A stretch of DNA of 64,000 bases, from the IMG/VR virus record IMGVR_UViG_3300021387_001066, positions 1 through 64,000 of that record. One strand, 5' to 3'. Below the pieces are notes generated by a model. It saw only the letters and a program-made list of their open reading frames with translations, searched no databases and was not told where the DNA came from. Shown in pieces: positions 39,243 through 51,000 of this stretch (positions are counted from its first letter, which is position 1; the number at the start of each line of letters is the position of its first letter). This DNA comes from a virus (Duplodnaviria; Caudoviricetes). Position numbers and translations under genes: made by a program.

Positions 39243-42200
39243 ATGAGTAAGTCGTGTACAATACTTGCACATGTTAGAAGGCCTAATGGAGAAGTAGTGG
39301 AAAGCAGGTTATTCAATGACCTGCTCCACTATACTTCTGACAATAGGGAGTTAACTAAAGAGTACTATGGAGTTGGAACCAGTGAGGACTTTCTTTCCCA
39401 AGTAAGGGATTCTGATGAATTCCAGGTAGATGAGAATGGAGAAATCACACTCAAGTCCCTAAGAACTTTGGCTAAGTTGGATTTGGATACTGACAAGCTT
39501 TTGCAGGTACTTAACAAAGATATCAGGGAAGGAGAATATGATTATGAGGAAGCTGTCCGTAAGATAGAGGATTTCAATAATAACAATGAATTCTCTGACA
39601 AGGTGATAGCAACTATCTTTCCTACTGCTTCTAATAAGTACTATGTGACAGTGGTTCCTATAAAGAAATCAGTAATTAACTCAGAGGGGAAGAAGGAGGA
39701 TGAGAGAGTAGAGGTTAATGAGAAAAAGAAACTCCACGATGTAGTTCATAATAAAGAGGTTGAAAAGAGAATAATCAATCTTTTAAGACAGCATCAAGTG
39801 TCTGTTAAGTTCCTAGAAGGTAACAAGGAAGGGGGCAGGTATTCTACAGAGAATGCCACTAGGACACAGGATGGGCTCTATGCTCTCATAGAACTAAGTA
39901 AAGGCGGATATACAACAGATGTGCTTGCTGAAGAAGCAGGTCACTTTGCTGTAGGTGCGCTTGGTGATAATCCTTTGGTTAAAAGACTTCAGGATCTTCT
40001 TGGAGATCCATCTGTCCAAAGAGAAGCATTAGGTGATGAAGAATTTGAGAATTCTCAGCTTGGTACTAATCCTGCAAGGGAAGTAGCTGGTAAGCTAGTA
40101 GGAAAGGCCCTGCAGAGAAAACTTGATAATGCAGGGATGGTGAAAACATTGGCAAACAGAATAGCAAATTTTGTCAAGAGAGTCTTCTATGCTTTCTCTG
40201 GTAATGAGGTAAGATGGGCTGCTGCTAAGGCTGAACAGGCTGCTAATAGAATTGCCTATCAATTTGTTGAAGGTGACAACAGCTTCTCTGTTGACAATGC
40301 TATCAGTATCAGTGAAGTCATGAATAATGCCACGTTAAGTGTTAATCAAAAAGTCTATAAGGATACTGTAGATGAATTAGGTAGAATGGTCAAGCAGCTT
40401 GAGGCAATAGCACAAGACCAGTTTACTGGTCAAATGCAGGCATCTCTGGCTATGTCAGTACTGTCTGGTACTGATGAGAACACTGGTGTATCAGCCTTAC
40501 AAATGAATAAGACAGACCTTACTGCAAATTCCTTGGCCTTTGATGGTATAGTTCAGGCATTGGTTCAGGTTACAGATTACCTTGGTCCTGATAAGGAAAT
40601 AGACCAACTTATGAAGGCTGTAGATTTGGATAATGTATCTGATTTCTACGCTAACATGGCAAGGAATGGAAGATACCTTAGGCAAGCTAGAACATTCCTT
40701 AGAAGTGCTGAGATTATTATCAGTACAATAGAAGCTGCTTTGAACTCAAATAATCTTGCAGGTTCATTGGTACTTGCAAATGGCTCTACCATTACTGATG
40801 TAAGATATCAGGATGAGAATGGTACTTGGAAGAGCATTAATTTGAAGAATACTATTCCTGCTTATAAAAATATCATTGCTAAAGCTGTAAGTGAACTGTC
40901 AAGTCTTGAAAGTAACTACTTTGCAAGATTCTGTGAAGATATTTATGGTAGTAAGTATATTACCTCCACAGTAGGTAAGACATGGCAAGATATCTGGCAC
41001 GGACAAAAAGCTTTTGGAGAGAGCACTCAAAGTATTGCTGACATGGTGCTTGGTGTAGGTATGGAAGATATTGATGTATTCCACAGATACTTAGGCTCTA
41101 TGGCTAATAATCCTGATATCATAGGACAAATAGCAGATAAACTTGTAAAGACTGCTAATAAGACCGCAGACGATCTTGCTATCAAATATAAAGACAGACT
41201 TCTTATACTACAAGAAAGAGCTAGAAAGCTTGGTTTAAATACAGCTGACTTGCTAGAAAAAGATGAAAACGGTGTACCTACAGGTAACATGATTACTCCT
41301 CCTGCAGCTCCTACTAGCGAGGGAAATAGGGAAGAGGATGCTATTTGTCAGGCCTATATGTCTGAACTTGAGACAGACAATCCTAATGATGTTCCTGCTG
41401 TTCAATATGGTAGATGGGAAAAGGAAAGAGATGAATTCCTTAAGCAGCTTTGGGAAGACTTTAAGGAAGAAAATCCTGATTGGCAGTCTATGTCTGGATT
41501 TACCAGAGGTTATAAGTGGGATGCTTATAAACGTCCAAAATATAAAGATTGGAATAAGGAGCATAGTATTAAGGTAGAAGTCAAGAATCCTGATACAAAC
41601 GAAATACTGTATGTAAAATGGATTCCTAATCTTACCTATCAGACTGATGCGTGGGACAATCTAAGGTCAAAGTATCCTTCAAAGAATGGTGATTCCATTG
41701 ACAAGTGGATGTATGACTACAGGCAGATTAAGGAGGAACTTGACAGGATGCTTCCTGTAGGTGCCACTAATTCCTATAGGCTTCCTCAGTTCAGGGGAAC
41801 CTTCATGAATTCTGTAAGGCAAAGTGCTATATTGGAGAAAGGCCCATTGAAGAAAACCAATGCATGGAGGAAGACATTTGGCCGTAGAGTTATCCTTGAA
41901 ATGTTTGGTGTTGAATCTGAGGAGACAGATTATGGTGATATGACAACTATGAACTCTCCAGAAGAGGAACTACTTGGAACAAAGCTGAATTATGAGGAGG
42001 AAAGAGCTGCAAGGATTCCTGTATTTGGTGTCAACAAGCTTAAGAACTTGCTTGACCTTGACTCTGATATCATTGGTTCTACTATAGCTTATGCTTCTAT
42101 GGCCACTTCCTATTTAAGTTTAGACAGTGTTGTAGATGGTCTTGAGGTTGGCGCTGAAGCTTTATTCAACAGAAAGATTGAAGGTAAGGAAACTGCCTAT

Positions 42201-44159
42201 GAAAAAGGCAGGAAAAAGCTCGGTAATGCTTTTAGAAAGGCAACAGGCAGACATGAATCAAGAGCTACAGGTGCTAAGAACAGAGCCTATGGAAGATACT
42301 TGAAATTCCTTGAGAAGCAGGTGTATGGAGTTAGTGCTACTTACTGGGGTATTCCTATTGGTAAAGGTAAAAGAATCCTTCTCAATAAGGTTATCCAGAA
42401 TATATCATCACTTGGAGGCTCATTATTCCTTAAGGGTAATTTGCTTGGTGGTGCTGTGAATACTTTTACTGGTGTGTTCAACATATCTAAAGAGGCGTTA
42501 GTTGGAGCTCATTTTAATGCTGAAGATTTAACTTTTGCAAATAGTTACTATTTTAAGCATTTTCCAGAAATGTGGACATCTGATTTAGGAAGACCTGATA
42601 AGCATAATAAGCTTAGCCTGTTTCTTGAACAGATGAATGCTTCCAGTGATAATAGGAATAAGTTCAGGAATTGGAAGACTTCACGCTCAAGAATAAATAA
42701 CTTTTATAGAATGCTTGGTTATCTTCCTTATTCTTCAGGTGACCATTACATGCAGGCAATGTCCTATTTGGCTGTAGCACATGGTACAAACCTGTATGAT
42801 ATAGATGGTAAGAAGAGCAGTAACTTATGGGATGCTTATACCCGTGTGAAGAATGCTGATGAGAAAGGTGTTCAAAAGGGATACTCGTTGGAATTTTCAA
42901 GAGCTATTCCTCTGGATGCAAAGGATATTACTACTGAACTTTTAGATAAGCAAGGAGTATACCTTAAGACAGCTACAAGGAAAACTGCAGACTTTGAAGA
43001 CTGGCTTGTAACACAAGATGCAAGGTTTGCTGATGAGGGATATAGAGACAGTCATGTTACTGACTACAATAATTATAAGGATAAGTTCAGGTCACTTTCT
43101 GATGAAGCCCTCATGAAGTATAGGTCCAGTCAGTATAAGAGCTTGGCAGATATCCTTCAAAAGACAGAGGCTTACTTAGATTCAGGTGGTCTTCTGACTG
43201 CTGTTCCTTCATTCTCACATGAGGAGTTGGCATACCTTGCAAGCAGAGGTGTAGGTACAGGTAACTATGCAGACATCCTTCAGACTGTAAGGAATGATAT
43301 ATACAATCTTATATGGACTAAAGCTGATGAGTCTTCTTATATGGATAAATGTCGTGAGACTAATAACAGACTGCATGGTATCTATAATGAACAGGACAAG
43401 ACTGCATGGCATCAACAGTGGTATACCAATGCATTCCTTGCTATGAAGGGTTGGGCACTGGGTTATTTGGAGATGATGTATTCAAATAATCATTACAGTA
43501 TAGCACTTGATAGGAATGTAGAAGGTTTTGTAAATACTGCAGCTAAGATTCATGCATCATGGATTAAGGGAATGTTTGGTGGAGGAGATGAACTTAGCTT
43601 CTGGGATATGCTTATCAGTATGCTTGCTCCTTGGTCTGAGAGGTCTAAGAGAGCAATGCATGATGCAGGATTCTCTGATGAACAGAATATGAATGCCCGA
43701 AGAATGGCAGTATCTGTGTTCTTGATGCTCTTGCTTTATGGACTCAGGCTTGCTACTGCACCTCCAGACAAGGATGATGATGAAGAGGCTGATGTAGCTA
43801 CAGGTCTTATACATTACTTTGCTATGAGAACTCTGTATGAACAGGAAGCCTTATTATGGTTGCCAGAAACCTTTACCCAATCAGGACAGTTACTTGACTT
43901 TAAGCCCGTGGGTTTCAGCGCATTATACGATATCGGTAAACTTGCTTATGAAGGAGTAGGAGCAGTAGTTGCTCCAGAAACTGATAAGGATTTCTATTGG
44001 CAGAGAAGTGACAAGAATGGTAGATATGAAGCTGGAGAAACCAAGTTCAGAAGCCATTTAGAAAGGCTTATTCCTTATTGGAAAAATGTTTGGGCAATCC
44101 AGAATCCATATAAGGCTACTGAAAACTATGAGTTTGGAAGGAAATTAACTACGAGGTAA
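39243..44159 (+). CDS. giant virion ejection-type protein with a zincin-like segment
   Basis: 1638 aa next to the RNAP gene; LAEEAGHF motif; hydrophobic C-terminal helices. Confidence 0.65.
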   Translation: MSKSCTILAHVRRPNGEVVESRLFNDLLHYTSDNRELTKEYYGVGTSEDFLSQVRDSDEFQVDENGEITLKSLRTLAKLDLDTDKLLQVLNKDIREGEYDYEEAVRKIEDFNNNNEFSDKVIATIFPTASNKYYVTVVPIKKSVINSEGKKEDERVEVNEKKKLHDVVHNKEVEKRIINLLRQHQVSVKFLEGNKEGGRYSTENATRTQDGLYALIELSKGGYTTDVLAEEAGHFAVGALGDNPLVKRLQDLLGDPSVQREALGDEEFENSQLGTNPAREVAGKLVGKALQRKLDNAGMVKTLANRIANFVKRVFYAFSGNEVRWAAAKAEQAANRIAYQFVEGDNSFSVDNAISISEVMNNATLSVNQKVYKDTVDELGRMVKQLEAIAQDQFTGQMQASLAMSVLSGTDENTGVSALQMNKTDLTANSLAFDGIVQALVQVTDYLGPDKEIDQLMKAVDLDNVSDFYANMARNGRYLRQARTFLRSAEIIISTIEAALNSNNLAGSLVLANGSTITDVRYQDENGTWKSINLKNTIPAYKNIIAKAVSELSSLESNYFARFCEDIYGSKYITSTVGKTWQDIWHGQKAFGESTQSIADMVLGVGMEDIDVFHRYLGSMANNPDIIGQIADKLVKTANKTADDLAIKYKDRLLILQERARKLGLNTADLLEKDENGVPTGNMITPPAAPTSEGNREEDAICQAYMSELETDNPNDVPAVQYGRWEKERDEFLKQLWEDFKEENPDWQSMSGFTRGYKWDAYKRPKYKDWNKEHSIKVEVKNPDTNEILYVKWIPNLTYQTDAWDNLRSKYPSKNGDSIDKWMYDYRQIKEELDRMLPVGATNSYRLPQFRGTFMNSVRQSAILEKGPLKKTNAWRKTFGRRVILEMFGVESEETDYGDMTTMNSPEEELLGTKLNYEEERAARIPVFGVNKLKNLLDLDSDIIGSTIAYASMATSYLSLDSVVDGLEVGAEALFNRKIEGKETAYEKGRKKLGNAFRKATGRHESRATGAKNRAYGRYLKFLEKQVYGVSATYWGIPIGKGKRILLNKVIQNISSLGGSLFLKGNLLGGAVNTFTGVFNISKEALVGAHFNAEDLTFANSYYFKHFPEMWTSDLGRPDKHNKLSLFLEQMNASSDNRNKFRNWKTSRSRINNFYRMLGYLPYSSGDHYMQAMSYLAVAHGTNLYDIDGKKSSNLWDAYTRVKNADEKGVQKGYSLEFSRAIPLDAKDITTELLDKQGVYLKTATRKTADFEDWLVTQDARFADEGYRDSHVTDYNNYKDKFRSLSDEALMKYRSSQYKSLADILQKTEAYLDSGGLLTAVPSFSHEELAYLASRGVGTGNYADILQTVRNDIYNLIWTKADESSYMDKCRETNNRLHGIYNEQDKTAWHQQWYTNAFLAMKGWALGYLEMMYSNNHYSIALDRNVEGFVNTAAKIHASWIKGMFGGGDELSFWDMLISMLAPWSERSKRAMHDAGFSDEQNMNARRMAVSVFLMLLLYGLRLATAPPDKDDDEEADVATGLIHYFAMRTLYEQEALLWLPETFTQSGQLLDFKPVGFSALYDIGKLAYEGVGAVVAPETDKDFYWQRSDKNGRYEAGETKFRSHLERLIPYWKNVWAIQNPYKATENYEFGRKLTTR

Positions 44160-44182
44160 CACTTGTATATGTAATGTTAATT

Positions 44183-44225
44183 GTTGGGGGAGGAGAGAGC
44201 TTATCTCTTCTCCCTTTCTTTTTTC
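44183..44225. terminator. terminator at the convergence of the + and - gene blocks
   Basis: GGGGAGGAGAGA-GCTTA-TCTCTTCTCCC then T-rich run. Confidence 0.75.
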
Positions 44226-44970
44226 AAGTATCTTTAGTGAAATATATACCTATAGCTGCAAGACCTATAACAATTAATATACCTACAAAAGCCATACCAG
44301 CTCCTACATGTTCTGAAGTATCCATGAGTCCTAAGGCAGATAAAGCTATAGCCATTACTATGAAAGTAGCACACCCTATACCAACCTTAACGCTTGTTTT
44401 CATTTGAGTTTTACCCTCATTTTTTGAGTATGGATCATCTACAATGTCTAATTTGTTTATTTCTGCAATACAGTTTTGAAAGTTATTCCAGTATATTTGA
44501 ACAGGACGAGTAGAAGGTATTTGAGGAAACCAGTACGGATAATGTTCTATACCAGGAGGAAGAAGGTGCATTATCTCATAATCTATGGAAAAGTGATTGT
44601 ACTTTTTTCTGAAGTTTCCAGAAGGAATTCCATACACATCAAGTATAATAAGATAAAAAGTATTTTCCTCTATTATCCATTCATAATGTTGAGGTAGTCC
44701 TAGTATCTTCAGTATTTTGTTTAAGGAGTTTTGGGCGTAGTATTTGTTTTCATCCTTATCTACATATAAAGAGACAATTCCATTCTTACCTGTTATAAGG
44801 TCAATACCTTTAGCAGATTCCCAGTCATAGGTTTCAAACTCTTTGTCATAGTCCTGAGCCTTCATGTTTCTCCAATACAGCCAACTTTTTCTTTCTCTAT
44901 AGTCTGTATAAGGGCATACCCATACTTTCTTGCTTTTATAAAATTCTGCCCATTCTCTTAAAGTATTCAT
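44224..44970 (-). CDS. degenerate Prim-Pol-like domain with two C-terminal TM helices (moron-like)
   Basis: GIDLITGKNGIVSLYVD, LGLPQHYEWII, HLLPPG; hydrophobic C-terminus. Confidence 0.5.
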   Translation of the reverse strand: MNTLREWAEFYKSKKVWVCPYTDYRERKSWLYWRNMKAQDYDKEFETYDWESAKGIDLITGKNGIVSLYVDKDENKYYAQNSLNKILKILGLPQHYEWIIEENTFYLIILDVYGIPSGNFRKKYNHFSIDYEIMHLLPPGIEHYPYWFPQIPSTRPVQIYWNNFQNCIAEINKLDIVDDPYSKNEGKTQMKTSVKVGIGCATFIVMAIALSALGLMDTSEHVGAGMAFVGILIVIGLAAIGIYFTKDT

Positions 44971-45003
44971 AATTGATAATTATTAAGATGTATACAAACA
45001 TAC

Positions 45004-45042
45004 AAAAAGTATAGCTAGGAATAGTTACCCAGCTATACTTTT
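45004..45042. terminator. terminator downstream of the 2729-aa gene
   Basis: AAAAAGTATAGCT...AGCTATACTTTT inverted repeat. Confidence 0.7.
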
Positions 45043-45067
45043 AACAAAAATTTAACCTTAGAATTAG

Positions 45068-48000
45068 TTATAATAGACCTCTACATTTCATTTGCTCTTC
45101 TAATAATAACACATCATCTGGGCTACTAAGCATCTCGTTATATTGATCCATATTAGATACGCCCCATTCATTCTGCAAATATCCCTTAGCTGCATTACTA
45201 AGTTTCTCCCATGCAGGAAGAATAGCAGTTTGTCCATTTGGAACAACAAGTGGAGGAGTAGGAATGAAGTCCTTGAAGTCATCCAAGCCTATACTACCAT
45301 CATCTACAAATGCAGGAGATATTCTCTTAGAAGTTTCAATCTCTGCAGCCTGTGGTGCAGCAGAATCTCCTGAAGGTGCTTCAACAGTCAGTGCTGTCAT
45401 AATATCCTGGTCTTCACTGCTAAGATTATCCCAGCCAATATTAAACGGTGTATAACCTGGTTGGAATTGATTCTTAAGAGCAGTACCCTTCATCTTAGGA
45501 TTGGAAGCTGTAAAGCTTGTCAGGTTATTTGACTGAACTATTACATTTGGATTTTTAACTATATACTCATTGTTATCTGTCTGTAATGTTCCTTTATCTA
45601 ATACAATTACGTCAGCTTTAGAGTTTTTACCATTCTTGATATAATCTCTAATATCTTTGTAATGTTTAACCTTAGCGTTAGCTGCAATGTGGTATTGGCT
45701 AACTTTTGCATAATCTCCTGTATAATGTCTGTTTAGAGGTCTTCCTTGTGGGTTTTCCTGTGTTGGTGGTTCTGGAGATTTATCAGTTCTTGCATTTGCA
45801 TAGTCTTGTGCTTCTTCTTTACTACTTGTGAAATACAAAGCACCTTTAAGTGAATCATCATAATCAACAGCAGTATGTCCGATTGTTTCTTGTATTGAGG
45901 TTGCTTCTCTGTTTTCAGTTAACGCATACCCTCTATACATCACAACAGGCTTACCGTTTTCTTTGTATAATCCTTTGCTAGTTATCTGAAGCTGCCCATT
46001 TGCAGTCTCTGAGTACTCAGGTCCCATTGGATCTAAACCATTGTCTCTACTGCCTCTTGGAGTAGGATAGTCAACTTCAATAGGAATGATTCTAAGATTC
46101 TTAGGGTCAACCTCTACACCATAGGATTGCTTGAGCAAGTCAGCATACATGCTTATCTGTCTTGACCATTTAGCCTTTTCAGAAGTAAGCTTAGCAGTAC
46201 TGTGGTCTCGCACAGTCTTCATATCAAAGATATAGAAGTTACCGTCGTCATCATAGCCAAACAAGTCAAGTGTTCCTGCAACCTTCACATCATGTGTGGT
46301 ACCATCAGCACCAGTCATAGTAATATTACCATGAGCCATGATACCTTCAGATACTACATGAATACCTCTACTGTCTAGATCATTCTTAAATAGCTCAAGC
46401 TCGTGTACAAAAGCTTGAAGAGCTTCCTTAGTGATATTAGGATAACTATCTTTTATATGACCTGCAAGGAAATCTCTTGTAATAACGTCTACAGTATTAC
46501 CTATAGAAGTTGAAGGAGTACCCCATGCACCATACTTTTCCTGCTTATGTTGAGTCCTAAGTTCTGCAACAGCTCTTCTGATATCTGCAGTAGAAACCTT
46601 TAAATCAGCACTCATTTGGTCAATGCTCTTATATGCAGCCAGCTGTTCAGGAGTGCGGTCTTCAAGATTATGTTTACCTCTTAGCTTATCGTAGATTTCC
46701 TGTGTGCTAGGAGTCCAGATATATTGTTTAACCCTTCTCCTCTTAGCTTCAGCTTCAGTAAGTTCAGGGAGGCTCTTGTCTGCACCTATCACAGTAGTTA
46801 CCCTAAGATACTTAGTACGTTCTCCAGTAGTGTTGTCTGTGATGTAATAGTAAGTTTCATCCTCAGACAAGGTGAACTGCTTGGAGTCTGAGATAATCTT
46901 TTGTGTAATTTCCTTAGCTCTCTTCAGCTTGTCACTTTCCTTTCTTTCAGGTTGCTTGGTGTCATCAAGCTTTGCACCACTGTCAGGGTCTACCTGAGCA
47001 CCATCCTTTGTAACTACAGCTCCATCACCCTGAGGAGTTACATTTTGAGGAGCAGACGGTTTGGCATTTGAAGGATTAACAACTGTATCATAAGGATAGA
47101 CAATTCTTGTATAACCTTGATCATTTACAGCAACAGGTGCCTGTAGCTCTACACCATCTACATCATAGATAAGAGAACTGCCAGCAATAGTAAGAATACC
47201 ATCATCTACAATATCAGCATAATTCCTTCTTGCCCTGCCTGCTTTAGTAGTATCAGGATTAAGAAGATTCTGTACATCTGACTTAGGTGTCTGCCATACC
47301 AGGAAACTCCTTATACTGTTAGTCTGAGAATCCCACATGATATTCCTAAGCAATTCCATAGCACCATCTGTATCTCTTTGACCTGCGTTGATTTCTCCAA
47401 GTGGAATAGGTGCTATTGAAGCAGAATCTGGGTCACTTGCATTGTAGTTACTGTTTACAAAGAATACCTTATACACAGTCTTCGATGAAGCAGCATCATC
47501 ACCTGCAACTTGTGATGCTTGTGGAGCAGTTACTTGTATACGCCAGTTAGCATCAGTTATATAGATGAAATCATTGATACCTCTAAGGCCCTTGGTGTCG
47601 TCAGTCTTATTGAAACCATTTAGCATCTTGGTCAATCTTTCAACTTCTTCCTGATAGATATTAGGATTGGCTTCAAGGTCCTGCCTAGTAATCAACATGG
47701 CTTCTCTGTTCTGTTCTTTCTTTAATGGAAGGAACTGGAAGAGAGGTCTGATTACCTCATCATAGAGTCTTTGTGTTCTGCTATTAAATGAAGCTACCTC
47801 TTCACCTGTACCACTTTCCAATACTTCAGGCAATAGTTTACCAGATGTTCTTCCAGTAGTCTTATCCATGTCTTTCCTGAATACCATCATAGGATTTCCT
47901 TTTTCACCAGACCTATGGTTTTCAGGTGTGAACAGTATCCTGTCTTTCATAGGGCCATCCTGTGCATCAGAATATGAAAGGCCATCGAGGAACTTGTTTC

Positions 48001-51000
48001 TTGCTTCCTGATATACAGGATCTGCAAGCATTTCTTCTCTTGACAATGCTCTTAACCTATCAGCTTCCTGCAGTCCATAGATAACATTTACATAGTCTGT
48101 AACAAGAAGGTCTAATACTTCAGTATTGTTATCCTGTACATTATTCCTGTTTGTTGCAGTAGTAGCATCTCTATGATGTGCTTTCAGATAATTTGCTCCA
48201 TGTACCTTCGTAATCAAAGGACTGCTGTTAGGCATACCATCAACTGTTACTAAATGTCTGCCCTGCAGCTGTGATGCACGCTTCCTGATTTCCTCAGTCA
48301 TGAATGCTCCAGGACTGGTATTAGTGTTAGCATCACTGCTTGGCATGATAGCAATTGGTTGATACCATTGTCCATCAACTTCTATGGCTGTAGTGTTGTT
48401 AGGATTCTGAGGAGTCTCAACCTTTATAGCCGCAACTAGTGGCAGATGTTTTTGTGTATTGTATTGTTTACCATTAGCTGTACTGCCCATTTGTGTGGTT
48501 ACTTCTGCAGTCCAATCAGAATCTGTGATAAAGAATACAGGTTCATTTACATCAATGGTATGTTCTTCATGCCACCCATCTATCCTATGTTCATCGGTAA
48601 ACTTAACTGCCCAAGCATCAGGATTCTTACTTTGAATATAGGCAATGTTTGCAGATAGTATCCAACCAAGTCTTTGCTGATAGGTTCTGGTAGAAGGAGC
48701 TGGCATTGTCCTCCCCCTTCCCCTTAATTTTTTGGTATTGAGCGAATTGTAAAGTTTCTGAAGAACACCTGCTGCATCATTGTACTTATTCTTTTGCTCA
48801 GCCTGCGTATTACTCTGGCCTTTAAGCCTGTTGATTTGCTCCTGAATAGCAGTAAGAATCTCATCAATATTGCTATATGTTTCATCTCCATTAGGTATCT
48901 CCATGAAATACTGTCTTGCAAGTTCCTTAGCCTCATCACTTACATTACTGTTATTGATAATATCATCAGCAACATTGAGTGATTTAGCTATCTCAGAAGT
49001 AGTTACCTTTTCAAACGCCTGTTCAATAGCTGTCTTCTCCTCAGGCGCTTCATCCTGCTGTCTTTGTTGCATGGACTTAACCTGAGCATCTGTTGCCACT
49101 GTACCATCTCCATCAACTATCTGACCTCCATCAGGGGAACTGTAGCCCATATCAAATAAAGAAGGGCCTTGAGCAGTAGAAGGAAAGGGGGAGGGAGTGG
49201 GAGAGGTATTAGCCGTAGAACCATCCTGAGTATCATCAGTTGTAGCAGGAGTTACTTGAGGATTCAAGTTACCCTTATTTACAGCATCTTCAGTCTTTCC
49301 GTTGATAAGGTCTACATACTGACTTACTACCTGACCAATAGAAGTAAATACAGGCATAGCAGTTCTCTGCTGAGGAAGCATTGCACTGTTCTTAGCCTCT
49401 ATCCACTTTCTGAACATTCCACCTTGTACACCCTGTTCATCTCTTTCAATAAGTGCAGATACTGCAGCTTCCCTGTCAGAGACATCAATACCCTTACTTG
49501 CAAGATACTGCATAGCATTTATCAGAAGGCTTTGATCATTCTCAGTAAGGTTAGGATTTTTTGCAAACTGCCTTATTAAATCAAGTTGCTTTTGATTGTT
49601 CTCTACATACCTATCATAGTTAGTCTGTGGAGATTCTGTACCATTAGTTTCCTGATAACGCTTCTTTGCCCTTTCATTCTCACTCCTTAGGAAGTTATTA
49701 ATCATATATACTTCACCTTGTGATGCATTGGCTGTAAGCCTGTCTAATTCCTGAGAGTATTGTTCAAAGTCATCAATACGTGAGATTCTTTCAGCTCTTC
49801 TCTTTATAAGGTCTGTTTCTGCATTATATTTAGCTCTTTGAACATAATTTTGGAAGGCCCTAGGATCACTTAGGATAGCTTGATATTGAGTATGGTAATC
49901 CTTGATACCTTTTTCAAGTCTGCCCATATCAATAACCTTATCAACAAAATTGGCATCTCTTGCAGTACCTTGCTGTATCAGGTTGTCAATGACAGCCTGT
50001 TGCTCTGAAGAATATATAGGTTTTGTATCTTGTATTCCTCTTTCCCTATCCAGTTCTTTCAGCTTTGTAGACTTTTGATTCTTGAGTTCAGAGATTTGCT
50101 TGTCAATATCCTGTACTTGCTTGTTATGGTGCTTCTTTACCTTTCCATCAGGATTTATCCATTTTGCTCTTTGAGCTTCAGCCTTATCAATTTTTCGGTT
50201 TAGCTCATCAACCTCTACATTAAGCTGGTCTATCTTCTGCCTGTTCTGATGAGTGGCATTGTAGTACTTAGCTGCACCTTGTGCAAACATTATAGCTCTG
50301 GTTATAGGATCCAAATCCATGATGTCTTGCTCATTAAGTACAAGTTGTACAAGGCTACTGTCTACCTTACCAGTACTCTTACCATTCTCATCCTTTTCAT
50401 ATAAGTCCTTGAATTCTTCAAGCTTACTGTTTACATTCCTCAGTTCAGCCTTACTTGTAACAAGTTCTTCTTTCTGTTTGTCAGAAGTCTTGTCTGAATC
50501 AATGGCTTCAAGCTCAGATACTTTCTTCTCAAGCTTTTCCTTTTGTTCCTGCAATTTGGACTGCTCATGGATAGCCTTGGTGATACTTCCGTGTTTAATA
50601 ATGAGGTTCTTTAATCCATCATTCATAGAAGTACCATTACTGCTTCTTGAAGATTTAATTCCACTCTTTACAGTATCCAGTTTATCTCTAAGCTGCTCTT
50701 CTCTTTCATGGAAGTCCTGTTCCATTACCTTACCGAAGATAAGGCTCTGCTTGGTATCCTCATCTATCCTGCCAAGCAATCTATCAAGACTTTTGCTTTC
50801 AGTTTCAGCAGTAGACATAAGACCTAGCATCCTGTTGGCATTGCTCTGAATCTTCTCTACAATCTCTTCATCAGACATGCCAAGATAACCATCATCAGTA
50901 TCCTTTACCTGTTGTATGATATTCTGGGCATCCTGTGAATCAACTGTCATTGATGAAGCTCTCTGAAGGTCCTTCATTACAGTATCATATACCTCAGTAC

